Shown here piece after piece: positions 1 through 8,418 of a stretch of DNA of 11,384 nucleotides. This DNA comes from Promethearchaeota archaeon (lineage in GTDB: Archaea; Asgardarchaeota; Lokiarchaeia; Sigyniarchaeales; SOKP01), in contig JABXKD010000101.1 in assembly GCA_013375475.1 (NCBI GenBank), positions 1 through 11,384 of the forward strand, given 5' to 3'. The notes beneath the pieces were generated by a model, which searched no databases, was not told where the DNA came from, and was given only the letters and a program-made list of their open reading frames with translations. Made by a program: the position numbers and the translations under genes. The number at the start of each line of letters is the position of its first letter. Position 1 is the first letter of the stretch.

Positions 1-2
1 CA

Positions 3-605
3 AGCGAAAGGTTACGACATATTGTTGATGCTCATCTATCTAAGATCGAATGCTTCTTTGGATTTATTGGAGTTTCGTTTGCAGTCGTCTTCATAATATT
101 CGCTGCACTGATTACCCCTGGCTATAATCCCTTAGAAGACACAGTAAGTTCTTTAGGGCGCGGGATCGCCAAGACTCTTTTCAGCATTGCTTTTGTGTTA
201 AGTGGAAGTTTAACCATTCCCTTCATTCTCTATCTTGAGAAAACCTTGATTGGTATAAACGAATTTGTACGAAGAATTGCCACAGCGATAGCGGTTATTA
301 GCTCCGTATGCGTTGCTTTAGTTGGAATCCTACCAGATCCAGATAACCCAGATGTATTTATGCTGTTTCACGGAACTGTTACTTTAACCGCCTTTCTTGG
401 ATCTATTGCAACCATTTGCCTTTATACCTTCTTGATGATGAAGAGCAACGAATATAAGTTGTATCATATAATAATAGGTTACGCAACCGGTCTTGAGTTA
501 CTTCTATTAGCTATTACCCTATTTAATCCTTTAGTAGAATGGATATTGACTGTTAATATTATGCTATGGATACTAATAACATCAATAAGATTAATACTCA
601 GCTAA
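3..605 (+). CDS. DUF998-like multi-pass membrane protein, 5'-truncated by the window edge
   Basis: The frame of the 195..605 ORF is open back to base 3 (SERLRHIVDAHLSKIECFFGFIGVSFAVVFIIFAALITPGYNPLEDTVSSLGRG...). The motif PGYNP-x3-VSSLG after the first helix, then LVGI-P-D and a His at the start of a later helix (FHGTV), fit DUF998 proteins. About 6 hydrophobic segments. Confidence 0.75.
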   Translation, partial: SERLRHIVDAHLSKIECFFGFIGVSFAVVFIIFAALITPGYNPLEDTVSSLGRGIAKTLFSIAFVLSGSLTIPFILYLEKTLIGINEFVRRIATAIAVISSVCVALVGILPDPDNPDVFMLFHGTVTLTAFLGSIATICLYTFLMMKSNEYKLYHIIIGYATGLELLLLAITLFNPLVEWILTVNIMLWILITSIRLILS

Positions 606-657
606 TTACAATTGAGATTCATTAATAATTTAAGTTAATCATTCTTTGTTCAACCTT

Positions 658-1365
658 ATGACCGAAGCATTATACATGAAAGATGCCTATCTAAAAAGCT
701 GGGATGCTAAAGTTGTTTCTGTAAAAGATGATAAATTCATCGTTCTTGATAAAACTGCCTTCTACCCTAAGGGAGGGGGTCAACCATGGGACGAGGGTTA
801 TATAATAAAAGACGGCGAAAAATTCAAGGTAGTTTACGTCGGTAAATTTTCTGGAGATATCAGCCACGAAATAGAAAAACCCGGACTTAAAGAAGGAGAT
901 TTAGTGTCGTGCGAAATCGATTGGCAGAGGCGATATACATACATGAGATACCATACTGCTTGCCACCTCGTCTCAAACATATTATATCGCAAAGCGAACG
1001 CAAAAATCACAGGCAACCAGATCGAATTGGACAAAGCAAGGATGGATTTCTCCATGGAGGATTATTCTCCAGAAAAGTTGAGTGCCTTTGTTGAGGAATC
1101 TAATGAAGTAATAAAACAAAACCTTCCAATTACCATTGAAACGATGTCTAGAGCCGCAGTGTTAGAAGAACCTGAACTAGCAAGATTAGCAATAGGGTTA
1201 CCTAAAAACTTACAGGAATTTCGCATAGTAAAGATTGGTGATATTGATAAACAAGTAGACGGTGGAACCCATGTTAATAGTCTTAGCGAAATTGGGGAAA
1301 TAGAGCTGACTAAAACAGTAAACAAAGGGAAGAGTAATAGGAGATTGTATTTTATTCTTAAATAA
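658..1365 (+). CDS. alaX: Alanyl-tRNA editing protein AlaX (AlaX-M type, free-standing trans-editing domain)
   Basis: N-terminal LY-x-DAYL and LDKTAFYP-x-GGGQPWD-x-G motifs, Zn-binding HTACH, ARMDF, and C-terminal DGGTHV...EIG...NKGK-x-NRR. ATG at 658 (MTEALY) is preferred over TTG at 646. Confidence 0.93.
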   Translation: MTEALYMKDAYLKSWDAKVVSVKDDKFIVLDKTAFYPKGGGQPWDEGYIIKDGEKFKVVYVGKFSGDISHEIEKPGLKEGDLVSCEIDWQRRYTYMRYHTACHLVSNILYRKANAKITGNQIELDKARMDFSMEDYSPEKLSAFVEESNEVIKQNLPITIETMSRAAVLEEPELARLAIGLPKNLQEFRIVKIGDIDKQVDGGTHVNSLSEIGEIELTKTVNKGKSNRRLYFILK

Positions 1366-1397
1366 ATCGAACATCCATGTCATTTTAGAATTAGAGT

Positions 1398-1931
1398 TCA
1401 TGAAATTGAAAGACTCATATTAAAATCACCACCATCGTTATTGAGCGTCCAATTAACATCTTGTGTACATTCTACATTATATGATTTTAATTTAAAATCT
1501 CCTTCAGTGATATTGCCAACAATATTCCCTTTAATGACACAATTATCAAAATCATACAAAATATTGCCGTTTACATTATTAACTTCAACATTGTTGACAG
1601 ATGCTCCCCAGGGAACGGATATTTTTACATTTCCTTTCTTAACTGTTGCGTTTATATCAAAAACGATATCTTTCCTTAGATTTACGATTATATTGACTTC
1701 CTTTTTTAACCATAACGACGGATTAAACCAATCATCTGATATGATCTCAATTGTAAAATTAGCCAGAGAACTTGATGTATTCCATGAAATTTTGAAATAA
1801 TCATCGCATGATTTCTGTGCTAATTTTGCCCCGCTCATCACAATGTCTACATCTATCAGCGCAAAATAATCCATTAGTGGATCTACATACCTTATTTCAA
1901 TATTACCCTCGTCAGCTTTAATATATAGCTT
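1398..1931 (-). pseudogene. Beta-strand-repeat (DUF4097/adhesin-like) hypothetical protein, probably an N-terminally truncated remnant; first ATG at 1874
   Basis: 158-aa ORF with repeated beta-strand/G-N(D)-I units (NVNGNILY, ITEGDFKL, NDGGDFNM). The frame stays open and repeat-like upstream of the ATG (KLYIKADEGNIEIRYVDPL) until TAA at 1934-1932, with no ATG/GTG/TTG start and no signal or anchor helix. Confidence 0.45.
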
Positions 1932-1936
1932 TTATA

Positions 1937-2263
1937 ATGTATGTGTTTCTTCCAGAGGATGTGTATTCTCTTAATGATGCCCCCGATTTTGACCCTCACT
2001 TTTGGCGTCTTTTTGGGGGAGCCTTAATAGCTATTGGAATTGTAGTTTTGCTTGGAATAATTAAGGGAGATTGGGATAATATAAAAATGCTTTTCCTATT
2101 TGCAATTATACTTCTTATTATATTAGCCCTTATCAATATTACCTCTAATATATACGTAACTCGCTCAGCAACTAATCTCATCTTTCATTGGTTAGACACC
2201 ATAGTAATTATAGCAATATGTGTCTTCAATATCTTTTTCTATCTAAGAGAAGAAAAGAAATAG
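1937..2263 (+). CDS. Small hypothetical membrane protein (3 predicted helices), possibly missing its first helix
   Basis: 108-aa ORF with hydrophobic helices, a DPHFWRLFGG motif, a W-x2-IK loop and a charged C-terminus (REEKK). It is followed by an oligo-T tract. Confidence 0.7.
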   Translation: MYVFLPEDVYSLNDAPDFDPHFWRLFGGALIAIGIVVLLGIIKGDWDNIKMLFLFAIILLIILALINITSNIYVTRSATNLIFHWLDTIVIIAICVFNIFFYLREEKK

Positions 2264-2282
2264 TTGTCAGATCAATTCTAAA

Positions 2283-2302
2283 TCTTTTTTCTTTTTTTTA
2301 TT
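2283..2302 (+). terminator. Archaeal-type oligo-T terminator candidate
   Basis: TCTTTTTTCTTTTTTTTATT about 20 nt after the 2263 stop, in the gap between convergent genes. Confidence 0.45.
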
Positions 2303-2331
2303 ATCAAATGTTCTTACGATTTTTCAGAGAA

Positions 2332-3291
2332 TTAAACGGTAGATGTGTCGTCAAATGTATCGTCTTCTTCTCCTTCTTCCAGTTTAAGGCCGTGCATATA
2401 TTGATCTTGCGCTTTGGTCTTTTTTTTCCTTACTCTTCGGTCTCTGAACGTGTGCTTTTCATCGACGCGCTTCAGATACATTTCTTCGTATTTTTCTCTT
2501 AAAGCTTCAACGTCTTCAACTTGACCAAGTTTGTCTTGCAAGCCATCTTCAAAGAAATAATTATTCTTAAGAATTTTGGCCGGGACTCCAACGTAGATGT
2601 TACCCTCGTCTAGTATTTGATTGACCGTAGTAACCGAATTACTGGCTAATATGCTTCTTCTTTTGATGTGCGTGCCCGGCATAACAATCGCGTGAGAGCC
2701 GATTCTTACTTCGTCTTCGATCACAGTTTTCCTAATTATCAAAAGATTACCAATTATCACTGCAGATTGGACGATCGAGCCTTGACCCACAACTACATTT
2801 TTACCAAAATCTATGAACTCGGTATCCACCCAGCCTTCAAAAAGAGAGTTGGATAATCTTGTTTTTACGCCAAATACTTTGAAAACAACATTGTTCATAA
2901 AAGGAAAGGGAAATCTGTGACTGAGCCAAAAGGGCCATCGTTTTATTACATTTCTAATACACCAATAACGATAGTCTTTATCGCTTGGATGTCTTAAAAA
3001 TGTACCAGTTCTGGGTTTGTGAATCGTATTGACGATTAAATGGAATATTTTAGCAATAAAAGTTGCGCTAAACACAAGCGTGAGGTACGTAGGAATAACT
3101 AACAAAGGTAGGAACGCGTAGAAGAGAATAGGTTTCGTGTAATACAAAAAAAATTGCCAATACAACCAGAATTCTAGGAATAGTGGAATAAAACTAAACC
3201 AGATAATTATAAAGTAAAATATCAAGTACCGCTTCTTTATTAGAACAGTTGGTATAAGGGGGCCAATGCGCATGGTATTAGGAACTGACAT
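2332..3291 (-). CDS. Membrane-anchored hexapeptide-repeat (LbH) acyltransferase-like protein, subtype C (set 2)
   Basis: Two N-terminal hydrophobic helices, then HKPRTGTF...DKDYRYW, LbH repeats (FGKNVVVGQGSIV, IEDEVRIGSHAIVMPGTHI) and terminal YVGVPAK. Clear paralog of 7522..8418. GGAGG 6 nt before the ATG; 14-nt overlap with the upstream gene. Confidence 0.85.
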   Translation of the reverse strand: MSVPNTMRIGPLIPTVLIKKRYLIFYFIIIWFSFIPLFLEFWLYWQFFLYYTKPILFYAFLPLLVIPTYLTLVFSATFIAKIFHLIVNTIHKPRTGTFLRHPSDKDYRYWCIRNVIKRWPFWLSHRFPFPFMNNVVFKVFGVKTRLSNSLFEGWVDTEFIDFGKNVVVGQGSIVQSAVIIGNLLIIRKTVIEDEVRIGSHAIVMPGTHIKRRSILASNSVTTVNQILDEGNIYVGVPAKILKNNYFFEDGLQDKLGQVEDVEALREKYEEMYLKRVDEKHTFRDRRVRKKKTKAQDQYMHGLKLEEGEEDDTFDDTSTV

Positions 3292-5197
3292 CTTTTCCCT
3301 CCGTCTCTTCTGTTTTTACAAATTTTTTTTTATCCTCGTCTATATTGACTGCAACAGTTTCTTCAAATTGTGTCTCATCGTCAACGCTGCGCTTTGTTAT
3401 TATGTCTCTTCTTGTCGCGGCGTATTTATTTTTTTTAAGTTTAATGCTCGGGATTCCGAAATATATCCAACCCGGATCAAGAACTTGATTGTACGTTGTA
3501 GTACTCAGAGCACCAATCATACTATCGTGTCTTATTATAGTCCCGGGGGCAATTGCTGTTAACCCACCAACTAAAACGTAATCTTCGAAAATGACTCTTT
3601 TAATTATCAAGTATTTACCCACCACCATGGAAGACATCACCGTTGCACCCTGTCCAACCAGTATATTTTGACCAAAATCAACAAATTCGGCATCGCACCA
3701 TGAATCATGCAAATGGCTCGAAAAATCCATTCGTATACCGAACCATCTAAATGCAATTGCATCTAACCAAGGTAGTGGTGAGTTTCTAAGAAGCCAAAGT
3801 GCAATTTTCTTTAATTCAGTTCTCAACATCCAAAATTCGTAATCTTTATCACCGATCTCTGCTATAAACACGCCCTCACGAGGTTTATGCATTAAGTTGA
3901 TTAGAATTAACATTAATTTGCTAAAACACAGCACTCCTATATTGAACATGTATATCAAACAGAATAGAATAAGGGGGAGAAATAAAATGGTATTGAGCGT
4001 AAAAAATCGAATATACTCAAACCAAAATGTTGTTACAATTAATCCACTTAACCAAAAGATTGGTATATAAACCGCTAAAAATTTCATATTAACTCTACTA
4101 ATAGCACTACTAGTCGTAAAATCAACAGCTAAGTCTTCTTTAGTTAAAGAATTAACATCAATAATTCCTTGCTGTTTTTGGTTTTTAGTATCGTTTTCGC
4201 TTTCTTTGTCTTTTTCTTCTTCCTTTTTAACTTCCTCTACAATGATTTCGTTTTTTAGCTCTTTTTTTTTTTTTTTTGATTTTTTCTCCTTATTCTTGGT
4301 AATGTATTGTTCAATATTCTCATTTTTTTCTAAATCTTCAAGAGTTAAGCCTAAATAATTCTGCAATTTTTTTTTAAAAATTTTCCTAGCAGGAAGTCCA
4401 AAGTAATAACCAAAATTTTTACTTCCCGGTTTCCCTATTATAGCGTGCTTTTGAGAAGAAGCTAAGGGTAATAAAGAACTGTTCTCGTAAACTACACCTC
4501 CTGCCCCAATCGCGCTCATAGCAGCAAAAGTAACGTTATCCTCTACTTTTACTTCAAAGTATGATATGTTTCCAAAGATGCCATCGACGACATGTGATGC
4601 GAGGCTCGCATTTATTCCGATATAGCAATTTTTACCGACGGTTATAAATTTGTCGTTTACTAAAGACTCTTCGAGCGTCGAACCTTTTCCAATTTTACTC
4701 GTTCCTACAAAATTATAGTACCATCTTGTAAGCCAAGGAAAGATTCCTTTTGTAAGAACGTTTTTGCCATATTTTAAAATGAACGATCGTATGTGATAAT
4801 AGTCTGCTGCCTTGGATTTAATGTTTCTTGGGATAATACCGTTTTTAGATGGTGAAATCTTTTCGGTTATAGCCCAAATAATCTTAGTAGCAATTCCTAT
4901 ACAACCTAAGTGAACCAAATAGCAAATAATTATAACTACAGGCATGAAAATCAAAGAAAGTAGTGGGGATACCTCTGTAAAAATAGCGATGAAACTGGTT
5001 GCTTCCAAAAAATATGTTCTAAAAACCATCATAAAATACGCCATGAAGATAAAACTAGGACCGATCCACGATAAATAGTAAATAATAAAAAATAGGACCA
5101 TGTATAAAGTGTATTGCATTCTAACTTCTTCTATAACTGGTTCCTCTTCGGAATCTTCAGAATCAGTAGACACAACCTCTTTACCCTCTACAGCCAT
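3278..5197 (-). CDS. Fused double (2TM + LbH) acyltransferase-like membrane protein, subtypes A-B (set 2)
   Basis: The N-half aligns with 9319..10263 and 10288..11217 (SP-x-K-x-GIIPRNI, YYH-x-RSF, G-x-FPWL, SHVVDG, YYFGLPAR). After a Lys/Glu-rich linker, the C-half aligns with 8415..9326 (DFTTSSAI, KFLAVYIPIFW, WCDAEF, VGQGA, GWIYFGIP). Confidence 0.88.
   Translation of the reverse strand: MAVEGKEVVSTDSEDSEEEPVIEEVRMQYTLYMVLFFIIYYLSWIGPSFIFMAYFMMVFRTYFLEATSFIAIFTEVSPLLSLIFMPVVIIICYLVHLGCIGIATKIIWAITEKISPSKNGIIPRNIKSKAADYYHIRSFILKYGKNVLTKGIFPWLTRWYYNFVGTSKIGKGSTLEESLVNDKFITVGKNCYIGINASLASHVVDGIFGNISYFEVKVEDNVTFAAMSAIGAGGVVYENSSLLPLASSQKHAIIGKPGSKNFGYYFGLPARKIFKKKLQNYLGLTLEDLEKNENIEQYITKNKEKKSKKKKKELKNEIIVEEVKKEEEKDKESENDTKNQKQQGIIDVNSLTKEDLAVDFTTSSAISRVNMKFLAVYIPIFWLSGLIVTTFWFEYIRFFTLNTILFLPLILFCLIYMFNIGVLCFSKLMLILINLMHKPREGVFIAEIGDKDYEFWMLRTELKKIALWLLRNSPLPWLDAIAFRWFGIRMDFSSHLHDSWCDAEFVDFGQNILVGQGATVMSSMVVGKYLIIKRVIFEDYVLVGGLTAIAPGTIIRHDSMIGALSTTTYNQVLDPGWIYFGIPSIKLKKNKYAATRRDIITKRSVDDETQFEETVAVNIDEDKKKFVKTEETEGKDVSS
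4262..4277 (-). repeat. A16 homopolymer on the coding strand, in the interdomain linker (encodes S-KKKKK)
   Basis: 16 consecutive T on the + strand. It is the longest homopolymer I saw in the window. Confidence 0.9.
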
Positions 5198-5321
5198 AAT
5201 TAATCAAGTCAAAAATTTTTACGCGATTAAAATATAATTAAGATAAAAGATTACTTTTATAGTTTAAAAAATTTGTTTTTTCTTTTTGTATCCGAATCGC
5301 GGTAGAAAGGCTCAATTAACT

Positions 5322-5717
5322 ATGGAGAACAAATGTGTAGATTGCGGTAATTGTTGTCGTGAAACAGAAATGATTCTTTCTGAGCGGGATGTTGACCGTA
5401 TTAAAAATAGCGATCCTAAGAATTTGCAGATAGCTAACTTTGTTAAAAAAACTGAGGATGGGTTGTATCAATTAAAGAATGAAAATGGCTATTGCGTTTT
5501 CTTTGATGTATCGACTAATTTGTGTAAAATTTATGAGATAAAACCACAAGGTTGTCGTTTTTATCCTCTAATATACGATTCTGATAAAAAATTATGTGTT
5601 TTAGACCGTGATTGTCCGAGACCAGATATATTTTATCCTAATAAAACCTCACAAGTGAAAACTTGTAAAAAGATCGTTAGATTTTTAGAAAAACAGGTAT
5701 TATTTACTAAATTATGA
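5322..5717 (+). CDS. YkgJ-family (CxxCxxCC) cysteine-cluster protein, putative Fe-S/Zn-binding
   Basis: CVDCGNCC, then CVFFD, CKIYEIKPQGCRFYP and C-x5-CP. ATG at 5322 is preferred over TTG at 5286. Its 3' end overlaps the convergent dehydrogenase by 11 nt. Confidence 0.88.
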   Translation: MENKCVDCGNCCRETEMILSERDVDRIKNSDPKNLQIANFVKKTEDGLYQLKNENGYCVFFDVSTNLCKIYEIKPQGCRFYPLIYDSDKKLCVLDRDCPRPDIFYPNKTSQVKTCKKIVRFLEKQVLFTKL

Positions 5718-6714
5718 TAACTGCTTTTATAAAGTCTGGATCTTCATCGTAAGCAGCAAATGCTTCCTTAATATTTTCTAAGTCATACATTTTGGAAATT
5801 AAATTTTTAACTTTAATATTTCCAGAGCTTAACCCCTCAATTGCTTTATCAAATGGACCACATCTACTACTGTAAATGGTGATCTCTCGAACTACTATAT
5901 CAGTAAGATTGATTGGAGTTCTTAATCCATGAGTACTTTTAATGTGGATTTTTCCTCGTGTTCTACACGAAGCAACGATATCAATAAGAGCTTCTGGGTT
6001 GCCTGTAGTATCTACGACAATATCAGCTCCAAGATTATCAGTGGAACCTTTGATTTCATCAGTTATGTTTTCTACCTCAAAACGGTTAATTAGTTGCTTT
6101 GCACCATACTTTTCAGCCATAGAAAGCTTTATATTTGAGCCATCGACTGCTATTACATCCAATCCTTTAACTAAGGCGACTTGGGTAAGCAATAAACCTA
6201 ATTTTCCAAGCCCAAAGATTGCGATAACTTTGTCTTCATCTGTTAGTGGCATCATTTCAAACGTTTGATACGCTGCTGCTAAAGGTTCTATAAATGTTGC
6301 TTCCTTGTAAGAAATCTTTCTCGGTATTTCGTGAAGCAAATATGGTTCAAGAACTATGTATTCAGCAAAGGAGCCATTAACATCTATACCTAATGCTTTA
6401 CGCGATAGGCACTGGGAAAAAATCTTTCGTTGACAGTAATAACAGCTGAAATCGATGTTGCTATTAATTTCAGATGTGACATGTATTCCTTCCCAATTTG
6501 AGTTAACGTTTTTACCGATATCTATAACTTCACCTGCAAACTCGTGACCTAAAATGAGCGGAGTTGGTGTAGGTAAATCCCCTTTCACTATAGCTATATC
6601 GGTCCCACATATTCCTGACGCTTTAATATTAATTAAAACCTGAGAATCCCCAAGTTTTGGTATTGGTACTTCCTTAATGGAGATATTTTTCCCATCAAAT
6701 ATAGCAGCTTTCAT
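5707..6714 (-). CDS. Zn-dependent medium-chain dehydrogenase/reductase (MDR) family protein
   Basis: Catalytic Zn motifs GICGTD, GHEFAG and EPLAA, structural Zn loop D-x2-C-x2-C-x7-C, Rossmann GLGKLG, and KST / SRCGPF. ATG at 6714 (MKAAIFDG) is preferred over TTG at 6726. Substrate unknown. Confidence 0.92.
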   Translation of the reverse strand: MKAAIFDGKNISIKEVPIPKLGDSQVLINIKASGICGTDIAIVKGDLPTPTPLILGHEFAGEVIDIGKNVNSNWEGIHVTSEINSNIDFSCYYCQRKIFSQCLSRKALGIDVNGSFAEYIVLEPYLLHEIPRKISYKEATFIEPLAAAYQTFEMMPLTDEDKVIAIFGLGKLGLLLTQVALVKGLDVIAVDGSNIKLSMAEKYGAKQLINRFEVENITDEIKGSTDNLGADIVVDTTGNPEALIDIVASCRTRGKIHIKSTHGLRTPINLTDIVVREITIYSSRCGPFDKAIEGLSSGNIKVKNLISKMYDLENIKEAFAAYDEDPDFIKAVIII

Positions 6715-6730
6715 AAGAATACTCAACCTA

Positions 6731-7519
6731 TTACTCGAGAGAATAAAACTCGGTTCTTCTATCCTTTAATACATTATTATACTTGTTGAGGTTTTTATCT
6801 CTCGCTTGATTAACATCAATTTCAACAAGATCAATATAAAATTTATCTTTTGGAGCAGATGATAGTACATCTCCATTACAAGATGTAATTTGACTTCTCC
6901 CAGTAAAGTGAAAATGGCTATCACCTCTTTTTTCTTCACCAATTCTATTTGCTGTTATGGCATAAATTGAATTTTCCAAACAACGGATAATCATCGCTTT
7001 TTGACAAAATGGCATGACTAAATTAGCTGGATGAGCTATGATGTCAGCACCTAATACTGCAAGTAACCGGGCAGTCTCCGGAAATATCCAATCGAAACAA
7101 ATCATGATTCCTACTTTTGCTTCTTTAACTTGATATGTTTTCAAATGTTTATTTCCCGGAGAAAACCATAATTTTTCTTTAAAATAAAGGTGGAGTTTTC
7201 TATATGTGCCAAGAACTTCGCTACTCGATACGATGAGAGACGAGTTATAAATTTGATTACTATCCTCTTCTACGAACCCGCCCACAATAACAGCACCAGT
7301 TATTTCGGCAATTCTCATCAGGAATTCGGCAGTTTCTCCTTTAGTAGTTTCAGCCAAAGATTCCGCTTCTTTTTTAGATATAAATGTATAGCCCGTTGCG
7401 AAGAGTTCGGGTAAAACGATCAAATCTGCTTTAGATTTACCCAAAAGATTTTCTATTTGCTTAAAGTTTTGAGCTTTTTTTCCAAAGGTTGGAGAACTTT
7501 GTATATAACCTATCTTCAT
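6731..7519 (-). CDS. Carbon-nitrogen hydrolase (nitrilase superfamily, PH0642-like amidohydrolase)
   Basis: Glu-Lys-Cys triad motifs LPELFATGY, YRKLHL and MICFDWIFPE, plus AHPANLV and TANRIGEE...FTGRSQI. It starts 2 nt after the stop of the subtype C gene. Confidence 0.93.
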   Translation of the reverse strand: MKIGYIQSSPTFGKKAQNFKQIENLLGKSKADLIVLPELFATGYTFISKKEAESLAETTKGETAEFLMRIAEITGAVIVGGFVEEDSNQIYNSSLIVSSSEVLGTYRKLHLYFKEKLWFSPGNKHLKTYQVKEAKVGIMICFDWIFPETARLLAVLGADIIAHPANLVMPFCQKAMIIRCLENSIYAITANRIGEEKRGDSHFHFTGRSQITSCNGDVLSSAPKDKFYIDLVEIDVNQARDKNLNKYNNVLKDRRTEFYSLE

Positions 7520-7521
7520 AT

Positions 7522-8418
7522 TTATTCCTTTTCTTCGTTTGTATGTTCCTCTTTGTCTTTTCTGTGAAGTAATCTTTTCTTTGTAGCTCCTCTAGCGACG
7601 CGTTGTTCATCGTATTTCTTTAGTAGTCCGTCCATATCTCCTATAGTTTCAGTGAGTTTTTCAATTGGAATTTCTTCGAAAAATCTATTTTTCTTAAATT
7701 TTTTCGCTGGACCTCCGTTGTATATCCAGCCTTCTTCTAATTCCTGTCCTACCATTGTAGAAGACCAAGTATTTAAAATACAATTCTTTCCGATATGAGT
7801 TCCTGGCATAACTATTACGTGTGCTCCAATTCGAACATTTTCCTCGATAACCGTTTTTCTAATAATTAAAAAATTTCCTATAATAACTGAAGACTGAACA
7901 ATAGCACCTTGACCAACTACCACATTTTTACCGAATTCTATAAATTCTGTATCAACCCAACCTTCAAAAAGAGAATTAGAAAACTTTGTCTTAACACCTA
8001 GTACCTTAAAACAAACATTATCTAAAAAGGGAAACGGAAATTTATGGGCAAGCCAAGTTGGCCATTTCTTAAGAGTATTCCGTAGACTCCAATATCTATA
8101 GTCCTTATCTGAGATATCCCTTAAAAAAACACCTTCTCTTGGCTTATGAAAGACACCGATTATTACTAATAAGATTTTAGTGAAAAATATGGCCACAAAT
8201 ACGGTAGAAACATAAATTACAAACAAAAATAGTGGCAAGAAGACATAAAAATGTAGTGGCCTAATCTCGTGCCACAACATTTGCCAATACCACCAGATTT
8301 CTAATATTGAGGGAAGCAAAGTTATCCATATTAGAAAGACGTACAAAATCAAATATTTCTTCTTAGCTAATACGCTTGCGCAGAATGGACCGACTCGCAT
8401 TGAGTTTGGTACGCTCAC
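7522..8418 (-). CDS. Membrane-anchored LbH acyltransferase-like protein, subtype C (set 1)
   Basis: Two TM helices, HKPREGVF...DKDYRYW, KFSNSLFEGWVDTEFI, LbH repeats and GWIYNGGPAK. The GTG start overlaps the upstream TGA (GTGA), with GGAGGCGA upstream. Confidence 0.85.
   Translation of the reverse strand: MSVPNSMRVGPFCASVLAKKKYLILYVFLIWITLLPSILEIWWYWQMLWHEIRPLHFYVFLPLFLFVIYVSTVFVAIFFTKILLVIIGVFHKPREGVFLRDISDKDYRYWSLRNTLKKWPTWLAHKFPFPFLDNVCFKVLGVKTKFSNSLFEGWVDTEFIEFGKNVVVGQGAIVQSSVIIGNFLIIRKTVIEENVRIGAHVIVMPGTHIGKNCILNTWSSTMVGQELEEGWIYNGGPAKKFKKNRFFEEIPIEKLTETIGDMDGLLKKYDEQRVARGATKKRLLHRKDKEEHTNEEKE

Noticed and set aside
834-1401. Short ORFs 834..1055, 909..1094, 1062..1325 and 1210..1401
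   Set aside because: Antisense or out-of-frame shadows of the well-supported alaX gene, with no recognisable motifs.
1441-3562. ORFs 1441..1800, 1996..2181, 2188..2502, 2668..2856 and 3266..3562
   Set aside because: They overlap better-supported genes. Their Phe/Ser-rich composition mostly mirrors Lys/Glu codons on the opposite strand.
4367-4375. A9 tracts (here and at 3323-3331) as slippage sites
   Set aside because: They are expected in AT-rich, Lys-rich coding DNA and are much shorter than the A16 tract.
6731-7519. Apolipoprotein N-acyltransferase (lnt)
   Set aside because: It has no membrane domain, and its motifs (CFDW-x-FPE, HPANLV) fit soluble PH0642-like hydrolases.
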